From: Bacteroidales bacterium
GTDB lineage: Bacteria; Bacteroidota; Bacteroidia; Bacteroidales; FEN-979
Assembly (NCBI GenBank): GCA_028706295.1
Contig: JAQWBQ010000011.1
Span: forward strand, 10,506 to 74,505
Direction: 5' to 3'
Length of the DNA stretch: 64,000 nt
The translations under genes were made by a program, and so were the position numbers. Every line of letters begins with the position of its first letter. The first letter of the stretch is position 1. Below the pieces are notes generated by a model that searched no databases, had not been told where the DNA came from, and was given only the letters and a program-made list of their open reading frames with translations. Of this stretch, positions 27,365 through 34,770 are shown in pieces.

Positions 27365-27404
27365 TAAAATTTACGATTGAACATGATTTACGATTTACGA
27401 TTGT
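27365..27404 (-). repeat. TCGTAAA-heptad element, copy A (core, reverse orientation), inside a cluster of ATTTACGATT-like units at 27326..27427
   Basis: The minus strand reads ACAATCGTAAATCGTAAATCATGTTCAATCGTAAATTTTA, identical over 40 nt to 34679..34718 on the plus strand. The surrounding region holds at least 5 further direct copies and 1 inverted copy of TTTACGATT. Confidence 0.9.
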
Positions 27405-27472
27405 ACTATTTTTAATCATAAATCGTAGTTTGAAGGTTTTTTCAAGACAAATCAATTTTAACAGACTCCCGG

Positions 27473-28351
27473 TTAAAAATATTTCAGTGCATTTAAAAGC
27501 GCCCCTGGACGCAATTTCAAGGCCTGGTTGATTTCTGCATAACTCAGATACCCGCAGTCATGGCATACCTCACCATTATTGTTTTCCCTGCAACAATTAT
27601 AAAACCGGCCCTCTTCGTAAACCCTGCAGATCTTTAAGTTTTTTTTCCAGTCATTTCGGATAGCAGATTTCAACCCGGTCGTGGAATTCAGGATTTTATA
27701 TTTTCTCTTCAGATTCAGGAGCTGATGCAGGATTTCATTTCTGACCGGTGCATCCAGATACAACTTATCGTATCCGTAATACGGTGTGTGGAAATAAAAA
27801 AAGGTGCCTTTAATTTGAGGGATTTTATCGATGAAGGCACAGAAATCAGCTATCTCAGATTTATTTTCAGAATTGATGGTATAGTTGATGAAGACCGAAG
27901 GGTGTGTTGATTCCCGGATATTCTTCATGATGGTATCGAATGACCTTCCCCTGAGCTTATCATGCGTGTCTTTCAGTCCGTCAACGCTGAGAAAAACCGT
28001 ATCGGCATGTGAAATAAGCGGTAATGTTCCGTTGGTATATACGACTACAGTGTAATAGCCCTTTTGGTGAGCATAATCAATCACATCGTTTAAGGTGTAT
28101 GCGTGATCATTCCAAAGAAGCGGCTCCCCGCCTTCCAGGTAAAGACACCGTCCTCCGTCGGTATAAAACTTATCAATAATGTCAAGGGTTTCCCCGAATT
28201 TCATCTTCGCTTCCGGTCTTTCGAAAATGGTACAATGCCGGCATCGTAAATTACATTTGTTATGTAAAACCAATCCGCATATTAATGGTTTATTGCGATC
28301 ATGAAACCAGTAATTAAAAATGTATTTTATGCCAAATATGATATATTTCAT
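27473..28351 (-). CDS. Radical SAM protein with a C-terminal Cys-rich (twitch/SPASM-like) motif
   Basis: 292-aa ORF with 'CNLRCRHC' (CxxxCxxC), 'LEGGEPLL', and C-terminal 'CRVYEEGRFYNCCRENNNGEVCHDCGY'. Confidence 0.8.
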   Translation of the reverse strand: MKYIIFGIKYIFNYWFHDRNKPLICGLVLHNKCNLRCRHCTIFERPEAKMKFGETLDIIDKFYTDGGRCLYLEGGEPLLWNDHAYTLNDVIDYAHQKGYYTVVVYTNGTLPLISHADTVFLSVDGLKDTHDKLRGRSFDTIMKNIRESTHPSVFINYTINSENKSEIADFCAFIDKIPQIKGTFFYFHTPYYGYDKLYLDAPVRNEILHQLLNLKRKYKILNSTTGLKSAIRNDWKKNLKICRVYEEGRFYNCCRENNNGEVCHDCGYLSYAEINQALKLRPGALLNALKYF

Positions 28352-28465
28352 TTACACCTTTTATGCGAATAGGTTGGAAATTCCATCAGGTTAAATTTAA
28401 AGTATACGGATCCTGTTGTCAAGGCTATGTACAAACATAGATTCAGACTAAATAGAACTCAGGCC

Positions 28466-28499
28466 GATTTGACAAATCTTTCTTTATTATTGTCAAATC
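28466..28499. terminator. Perfect 10-bp inverted repeat, GATTTGACAA-(14 nt)-TTGTCAAATC; possible terminator or operator
   Basis: Read directly from the sequence. It lies about 80 nt downstream of the stop of 28576..29865 and upstream of the radical SAM gene. No clear U-tract follows, so the function is uncertain. Confidence 0.25.
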
Positions 28500-28575
28500 T
28501 TGCTGTACAGACTATAAGTTGTTGAGCGAGGATCCCGGTTCGAAAGGAATTGTCATTGCCGGCAATCCTGACCTG

Positions 28576-29865
28576 TCAGTCGTGTACGCACCGTACCGAG
28601 AACCCGCAGATCTTCTGGTTCCCGCCACGCACAATGCTGGCGACGCTGTAATCGGGGCTCCGGCTCCATGCGCTGCCGGTGTTGAGCTGCGTCGAACTCC
28701 ACCAGAACCCGTAAGTGCCCTGGTAGGCAAAAGATCCGGATTCATCCCGGTCGCCCGATGGAAGTCCTGTAAACGCGCTTTCATTGGTCGCTCCTTTGTT
28801 TGGTTGGTGCCACAATCCGGTCCCTGCCTCCAGCGTGCCGGTCGACTTCATCTTGCCGCCTGCATTCTGACCGCTCCAGCCGATTGCATTGCAATTCACC
28901 GTCGGATCCAGGTACTGCGTCAGGGTACACCATTCGGCATCGGTCGGAATGTGCCAGCCTGTCGGACAAAGGCCCTGCGCTCCGGGCGTCGTGGTGTACT
29001 GCATCAGCTCATTCCACTGGTACAGCCCGCCGTGCGGCATACAGGCATCCGCATCATCCTGGTAGCAATACTTTTCGATGATTCCGTTGTCGGTCTGATT
29101 TTGCACGCCGTCAATCCGGGTACCCACGTTCAGGTTTGCCGCCATCCAGGTCTGACTCCCGATCACCACGGTGGGATAGTGGTTGTTATCGGCATCGGTA
29201 CAGGCTGTAAATGTGAACAGGATCGTCTTACTGGCCACAGGAACATCCGAAATGTAGGTGCTGTAATTACCCGATATTCCCCAGAAAAATAACCGATCGC
29301 CGGTGTGATACGGCATGGTAAACTGGGTTGAAATGCTCTTAGGTAGGTCAGTGGGGAGACTATTTTCATCTACAATAAGCGTGATCTCCGGTATCTGCGT
29401 ACCCGTGCCTGAGCTGATCAGTTTCGTATGATACGCGAAACTGCTGCCCGAAACATGCACCAAATAGAGGCCCTGATTGATTCCGGTAATCCTGAAACGG
29501 CAGGTTCCGGCCTGCAACTGTTCGCGATACTGCATGATGGTCTTACCGGTCATATCGAGCACCCGAATGGTGGTGAGGCCGGTTTCAGGCACGCTGCAGG
29601 TGAGTTGTGATGTATTGATCATCGGATTCGGATAAATCACAATGGGATCATTGTTTATTTCTGCGGATGGTATCCCGACTGCCTCGACCAGGTGCAGTGT
29701 GTCGTCGCCGGGCACAGCGATCTGGACACCGCTGTTGAGGTTATGCACATAGACCGACGAAACCTTATTCGTATCACCTGTCGCGTCAAAGGTGATGAGG
29801 TAATCCTGCGATTGTACCGTCAGAAACAGGAAGCTAAACAGGAATAGGAGGGAGCTTGTTTTCAT
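28576..29865 (-). CDS. FISUMP (Fibrobacter succinogenes major paralogous) domain protein with an internal T9SS-CTD-like beta-sandwich
   Basis: 429-aa ORF with a signal peptide. The C-terminal half has FISUMP hallmarks: 'YPTVVIGSQTWMAANL', 'GGLYQWNE', 'CPTGWHIPTDAEW..L', 'AGGKMK', 'NESAFTGLPSG.R', 'GFSVRCV'. Residues ~74-150 ('IVIYPNP...IRVLDMTGK...GINQGLYLVHV....HTKLI') resemble a T9SS sorting domain. Confidence 0.8.
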   Translation of the reverse strand: MKTSSLLFLFSFLFLTVQSQDYLITFDATGDTNKVSSVYVHNLNSGVQIAVPGDDTLHLVEAVGIPSAEINNDPIVIYPNPMINTSQLTCSVPETGLTTIRVLDMTGKTIMQYREQLQAGTCRFRITGINQGLYLVHVSGSSFAYHTKLISSGTGTQIPEITLIVDENSLPTDLPKSISTQFTMPYHTGDRLFFWGISGNYSTYISDVPVASKTILFTFTACTDADNNHYPTVVIGSQTWMAANLNVGTRIDGVQNQTDNGIIEKYCYQDDADACMPHGGLYQWNELMQYTTTPGAQGLCPTGWHIPTDAEWCTLTQYLDPTVNCNAIGWSGQNAGGKMKSTGTLEAGTGLWHQPNKGATNESAFTGLPSGDRDESGSFAYQGTYGFWWSSTQLNTGSAWSRSPDYSVASIVRGGNQKICGFSVRCVHD

Positions 29866-30050
29866 AATGCATGAGAGTTAAACTCCAAAGATATTCCATT
29901 TACCGGTCATATACTATTGATGTCGATATTTTTTTGATTTTTCACCAGAATAAGGGATGTGTCTCCAAATCTGAAAGTATTATTGTCCTGAATCTTTGAA
30001 TATTATAGAATAATAAGCGGTCAAGCTCCGTGATTCAGGTTCGGATCATC

Positions 30051-30902
30051 CTACTCATTTTTCAGAATTCCTCCCAGAGGTTTACTGGCCAAAACACCGT
30101 TCTCGTAATATATCTTCATGGTCTCCCCGCCAGGAAATGAACGCGTCCATTCTCCGGTTTTCCGGTTATTCGAAAAATTTCCCGTTAACATTATTCTGCC
30201 ATCCACGTTCCAGTATGTCCACAATCCTTCGCTCAGTCCAAAAACGCAGTTGCCTTTAAACATCATATTCCCGTTTTCGAAATACCCCGTCATGTAATTC
30301 AGTTGTCCATCTTTATATTTTTCAGCCGTTTTTATCTGTCCGGCTTTATAAAAATAATTCCAGATACTATCCTTTCGCCCGTGATAAAAGTTACCTTCCG
30401 ATTGCTTTTCCCCCGTATCAAACCAATATTCCCATTTACCCTCACTACGATCATCAACAAATGCTCCTTTTGATTTTATACTCCCGTTTTCATGCCAATA
30501 GGTCCATTGATCCTGTCGCAAGTTATTCCTGAACATTCCTTCCGATTTTTTCTGACCGTTTTCATACCAAAAGACCCATTTACCCTCATTTTTATTTTTT
30601 ACAAAATCACCTTCCATATCTTTTCTCCCGTTTTCATAGAAATAGATAAAATGACCCTGCCTTGTATTGAATTTTTTAGATTTGAAGGTACCCGTCATCT
30701 GAATTTTATCACTGATATAATAATCATGAACCAACCAGTTCTGATTGTTGCTGTCGGGGAAGGCCTTCCTGTAATAGGTTGCCTGATTTTTATAGGGAAT
30801 CTCAACCCAATCTTTATTGTAATATACGGTAATGGTATCTTGCGCCGAAACACGGCAGGGCAACCATAATATGAACAGGGAAACAATTATCAGGGAACGC
30901 AT
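30051..30902 (-). CDS. MORN-repeat-variant protein (YwqK-like)
   Basis: 283-aa ORF with a signal peptide and about 8 repeats of 'G.W..WYENG.K..EG.F......G.W'. Confidence 0.75.
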   Translation of the reverse strand: MRSLIIVSLFILWLPCRVSAQDTITVYYNKDWVEIPYKNQATYYRKAFPDSNNQNWLVHDYYISDKIQMTGTFKSKKFNTRQGHFIYFYENGRKDMEGDFVKNKNEGKWVFWYENGQKKSEGMFRNNLRQDQWTYWHENGSIKSKGAFVDDRSEGKWEYWFDTGEKQSEGNFYHGRKDSIWNYFYKAGQIKTAEKYKDGQLNYMTGYFENGNMMFKGNCVFGLSEGLWTYWNVDGRIMLTGNFSNNRKTGEWTRSFPGGETMKIYYENGVLASKPLGGILKNE

Positions 30903-30908
30903 AACGAT

Positions 30909-32855
30909 CTATTTATTAAAATAAATAATGATGGGCAGAGTCTTGGCAATCTTGCTTTTTTCTTCGCAAATTTTCTCGTAATCACCGGCTTTAATGATCT
31001 GAGATTTTGTTTTGTAGTTATAAATTACCTGGAATGAGTTACTGCTCAATTGTTCAATTTTTTCATCAAAAGAAAAAGATTCATTTTCATATTTTGTGTA
31101 TTTATCATAAACCAACAGATCTTTGGGGCAATGAAAGATAACCGTATAGGTCATGTTTAAGGGAAAATTCAAGGCATAATCGAATGTTCTTTTCATACAC
31201 CCTTTAAGATTAAAATCGGTGTACAACGTAAAGGGCTCAAATTTAAAGAACCAGTAACCGGCTGATTCTTTATCCGGCATCTTGTCCCCATCCTGCCAGA
31301 ATCCGTCAATTTCATATTGATAGGTCATTGAAAAAACATTTTTATCAATATCATCTTCAATTTTCAAATCTTTAGTTGTATTTACGGTAGGGTAATATCG
31401 TTTTAAATCTTCAGTAACACGCTTTGAAAACTCATCGGCCGGATGTTGTTCGAACAGGATCCGTCGGATATCGGCTTCAAGACCATGACGTACCGACTTT
31501 ATCACGAGTGATGCAGGATCGGTAAACGATTTCATTAAATACTCGTCGGTTATTTTGATATTATAGATGCCTTTCCCGGCGGGCATTTCCGACAAGGTAT
31601 CGGAAGGAATCCCTATGACAAGCGCTTTTCCATGATCGATTATCGATAAATTTTTCCAGTCACCCCCTTGTTGCGTAAGCGTGGGATCAACCCAATGGGT
31701 AGTATCATTGAATTCGAATTTTACAATACAGTGATTGAAAACTTCATTACTGGGATAAAATTCATCGAGGTTCTGTTTCATATTGGTATTCACCAAAACA
31801 GGATAGGCCTTATCGATACCGATTTTTTTAAGCAACGAAACCAATAGGAGTGATTTGTCTTTACAATCGCCGAAACGTTGTTTTACTACCTGGTCGGGAG
31901 GAAAAGGTTTAATGCTTCCGATCCCCGATTCAATGCCCATGTACCTGATATCATCCTGTACATAATTGATCACCTTGTTGATTTTTTCATCCATGGTCTC
32001 ATTCCCCGAAAAAATTTCGTTGAAAACGACAGTCAGATCAGGCTCGTTTTGTAATGCAAAAACCTGCTGAGCCCAGGTATTTACCTCTTTCCATGTTTTA
32101 AAACTACTCAGTGAGAAATACTTAAAGGGAATAACCCACCCGGGGATATTATCTTCAAGCTTAACAGGTTTAATATTGTATAAACTGATTTCCAATTGAC
32201 GGTAATGCCCCACCTCACTGCTTGTAATTATTGTGGCGCTGTCGCACCCCGTGCATTTATTTTGGTAATCTTTATCCTTTGAATACCATATTCTGATGCT
32301 GTATAAGTCGATGGGATTGTTACTTTCAAGCGGAATGAATAAATATTTCCCGTCATTAAAAATCGGATTTTTCCCAACCAGGGTATATGAAAAATCGATT
32401 AAATCGTCTTTTCTGATATCGTTAAGGTTGCAATAGGCAGTGATCAAACCCATATAAATTCCAATATGAAGGTTATACTCATTATTGAGAATTTTAAAGC
32501 TTAAGTCGCCTGTCCGGTCAATTTTATCGCCATTGCGCCATATATACAGATGGTGTATCTTCAATTGCTGATACGAGGTATCATAGGTGACAGAAAGCTG
32601 CGAGGCTTGCGTAATTCCGCTATAGGAGACCACATTTATTACATCGCGGGTGTAAGAAGCATTTTGATCCAGGTTGATCTGACGGTCGGCCAAGGTCAGA
32701 TAATATCCTGCTGAAACATCGTACTTTTTGACCAGGCTTTTCCTGGGGATATCGACCAATTTTATCCAATCCGCTTCTTTCTCAATACGGAACTTCTGAG
32801 AAAATGCCATGGAGGAAGAGAGGACCAGGGAAACGAAAAATAAACGATAATACAT
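30909..32855 (-). CDS. DUF3857-type protein with a transglutaminase-like cysteine protease core
   Basis: 648-aa ORF with a signal peptide. 'RFGDCKDKSLLLVSLLKKIGI' matches the transglutaminase-like Cys core. The overall architecture resembles DUF3857/DUF3858 proteins of Bacteroidota; this is a call from memory. Confidence 0.65.
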   Translation of the reverse strand: MYYRLFFVSLVLSSSMAFSQKFRIEKEADWIKLVDIPRKSLVKKYDVSAGYYLTLADRQINLDQNASYTRDVINVVSYSGITQASQLSVTYDTSYQQLKIHHLYIWRNGDKIDRTGDLSFKILNNEYNLHIGIYMGLITAYCNLNDIRKDDLIDFSYTLVGKNPIFNDGKYLFIPLESNNPIDLYSIRIWYSKDKDYQNKCTGCDSATIITSSEVGHYRQLEISLYNIKPVKLEDNIPGWVIPFKYFSLSSFKTWKEVNTWAQQVFALQNEPDLTVVFNEIFSGNETMDEKINKVINYVQDDIRYMGIESGIGSIKPFPPDQVVKQRFGDCKDKSLLLVSLLKKIGIDKAYPVLVNTNMKQNLDEFYPSNEVFNHCIVKFEFNDTTHWVDPTLTQQGGDWKNLSIIDHGKALVIGIPSDTLSEMPAGKGIYNIKITDEYLMKSFTDPASLVIKSVRHGLEADIRRILFEQHPADEFSKRVTEDLKRYYPTVNTTKDLKIEDDIDKNVFSMTYQYEIDGFWQDGDKMPDKESAGYWFFKFEPFTLYTDFNLKGCMKRTFDYALNFPLNMTYTVIFHCPKDLLVYDKYTKYENESFSFDEKIEQLSSNSFQVIYNYKTKSQIIKAGDYEKICEEKSKIAKTLPIIIYFNK

Positions 32856-32856
32856 A

Positions 32857-33666
32857 TCAGTATACTTTGTTTTCTAATATAAATTTTATCGGCAGATTAA
32901 ATTGAACCCTGACCGGTGAACCTCTTTGCCTGCCCGGTATCCATTTGGGCATCATTTTAACCACCCTCACCACCTCTTCGTCACACCCGCTGCCAATACC
33001 TTTCAGAACCTTGATATTGCTCAGGCTCCCTTCTTTTTCAACCACGAAAGTAACAAACACCGTCCCACGAATATCATTTTTTACTGCCGATTCGGGGTAA
33101 TGAATATTATTTGATAAAAATATGAGTCGGGCCTCTTCTCCGCCTGGGAAACGGGGTTGTTCTTCCACAACGGTGAAAATTTCGTCAGTTTCATAGGAAA
33201 CCGTGCCGGTATCGGCCGGGATATCTTTTGCTGATAATATTTTTTTAAGGGTATCAACCCGGATTTTTTTTATTAAGAATTCGGTATTCGTGACAGTTTT
33301 TTTCTCCAGATCAAAGAACAGATGATTTTCAACGCCTTTTTTAACCTGGATTTTATATTTTAAAATTTTATCCCGGGCCGTGACACGGATCTGGTATTTG
33401 GCCGGAGGAATATACTCAATGATCAGGGCTTTATCGGTCTTTGGGCACTTGATGTTCAAACCGGGAATTTCAACCTCAACTTCAACCGGATCGGAATTGA
33501 TCACAATATTTCCATAAGGTGGGAAAAACAATCGGTTGTAAACGGCTATTGGTTCAGGATCTATGCTAAAAATCTTGTATGATACTGTGTCGGGCTTCTG
33601 TCCGTATACGGTAAAATTAATACAAAGCAGTAACAGGAAACAGATCGCATTTGATTTCATGGTCAT
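32857..33666 (-). CDS. TonB C-terminal domain protein
   Basis: 269-aa ORF. The C-terminal 'EEQPRFPGGEEA...YPE.A..N.I.GTVFVTFVVEKEGSLSNIKVLKGIG.GCDEE..RVVK.MPKW.PG.Q.G.PV.V' is a canonical TonB-C/energy-transducer domain. It starts 1 nt after the upstream gene ends. Confidence 0.8.
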   Translation of the reverse strand: MTMKSNAICFLLLLCINFTVYGQKPDTVSYKIFSIDPEPIAVYNRLFFPPYGNIVINSDPVEVEVEIPGLNIKCPKTDKALIIEYIPPAKYQIRVTARDKILKYKIQVKKGVENHLFFDLEKKTVTNTEFLIKKIRVDTLKKILSAKDIPADTGTVSYETDEIFTVVEEQPRFPGGEEARLIFLSNNIHYPESAVKNDIRGTVFVTFVVEKEGSLSNIKVLKGIGSGCDEEVVRVVKMMPKWIPGRQRGSPVRVQFNLPIKFILENKVY

Positions 33667-33728
33667 CCTTCATTCGTTTATTTTATCAGACCCACAGTAC
33701 CCTGTTTCAGGTTTTTTATGTTCAGAGT

Positions 33729-34463
33729 TCAATCTTTAATACAACGAACGGAGAATCCGTAAGTCTTGCCTGGATTATAACGAATGCATCCATCCTGACC
33801 CACATAAAGGAAACGACACCATACCGAACAATTATCGACCTCGGTACTGCTCCAAAAAGTACAATTAACCGAAAATGCACCCGAAGAATTATCGCGCATG
33901 CCTGCCGGCAAAGCCGTGAACCCGCTTTCGTTGGTTGCATTCGGATCGGGATTAACCCAGTGTGGTTGCTCTTTCTCTTTCATTTTTCCTCCGGCCACCG
34001 AATCACCTCCCAGGAAGTTGGTCAACGTTGTCCACTCTTCATCTGTCGGTATGTGCCAACCCAATGGAGCCAGGTTGCGGCTGTCGTTGACCGCTAACCA
34101 ATTATACAACCTGCCAAAGGTGGCAATCGTATCAACATTCTCCGTGTTGTTAAAATTGCAAAAACCCCCTGCGATCAATCCCGGCCAGTCTTCATCCGGT
34201 TTTATTTGCGGAATCGGATCGCCATTTCGATACCTTGTTGTTCTGAGGTTTTCAGCCATCCAGGTTTGAGTCCCGATCGTAATAGTTTTGTAAATATTGC
34301 CATCTATATCCGTTAAGGTTCCATACGATTTATCGGGATTAAAAATCGCAAAGGTTCTTCCGTTATAAGGATTAACCGGAACCGGTTCCTCCTCCTTTTT
34401 ACAACCATATAAAAAGGCGGCAGACAGTGCAACCATGATAATAAAAAGCCGAAGATGTTTCAT
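33729..34463 (-). CDS. FISUMP domain lipoprotein
   Basis: 244-aa ORF with a lipobox (FLYGC). FISUMP hallmarks present: 'TIGTQTWMAENL', 'GRLYNW', 'GWHIPTDEEW..L', 'AGGKMKE', 'NESGFTALPAG.R', 'GFSVRCIKD'. Confidence 0.85.
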   Translation of the reverse strand: MKHLRLFIIMVALSAAFLYGCKKEEEPVPVNPYNGRTFAIFNPDKSYGTLTDIDGNIYKTITIGTQTWMAENLRTTRYRNGDPIPQIKPDEDWPGLIAGGFCNFNNTENVDTIATFGRLYNWLAVNDSRNLAPLGWHIPTDEEWTTLTNFLGGDSVAGGKMKEKEQPHWVNPDPNATNESGFTALPAGMRDNSSGAFSVNCTFWSSTEVDNCSVWCRFLYVGQDGCIRYNPGKTYGFSVRCIKD

Positions 34464-34678
34464 ATCTGCATGGATAAATGGATTGTTGTAAACATGCTAC
34501 CATAGTCCTGACATCCAAATTTATTAAAAATATGTTTTTCTTTCTTATATTTTAAAAAGTTTAATTTGCCTTGCCATTCACAAGCCTGAAAACAAATTTT
34601 AGGTTGTAGTTTAATTTTAACACGAAAAGATATAAGATCATACCTTAAGATGATAGCTGTTAATCCGAAATCGAATCT

Positions 34679-34718
34679 ACAATCGTAAATCGTAAATCAT
34701 GTTCAATCGTAAATTTTA
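34679..34718 (+). repeat. TCGTAAA-heptad element, copy B
   Basis: ACAATCGTAAATCGTAAATCATGTTCAATCGTAAATTTTA, in the intergenic region between 33729..34463 and 34771..37575. It is an exact 40-nt match to the reverse complement of 27365..27404. Confidence 0.9.
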
Positions 34719-34770
34719 AACAGCCTTTAAATGATTCGGGTGTCAGGTAATACCCTCCCGGTTGTATTAT

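Noticed and set aside
27270-27384. N-terminal 38-aa extension of the HemN-like ORF (MFNRKFYLIVNRKSCLIVNF...) and the MFNRK mini-ORFs inside each TCGTAAA element
   Set aside because: The extension is simply the repeat element translated. The same ATG gives 5-6-aa peptides followed by stops in copies B and C. There is no evidence of translation, so the downstream ATG at 27270 is preferred.
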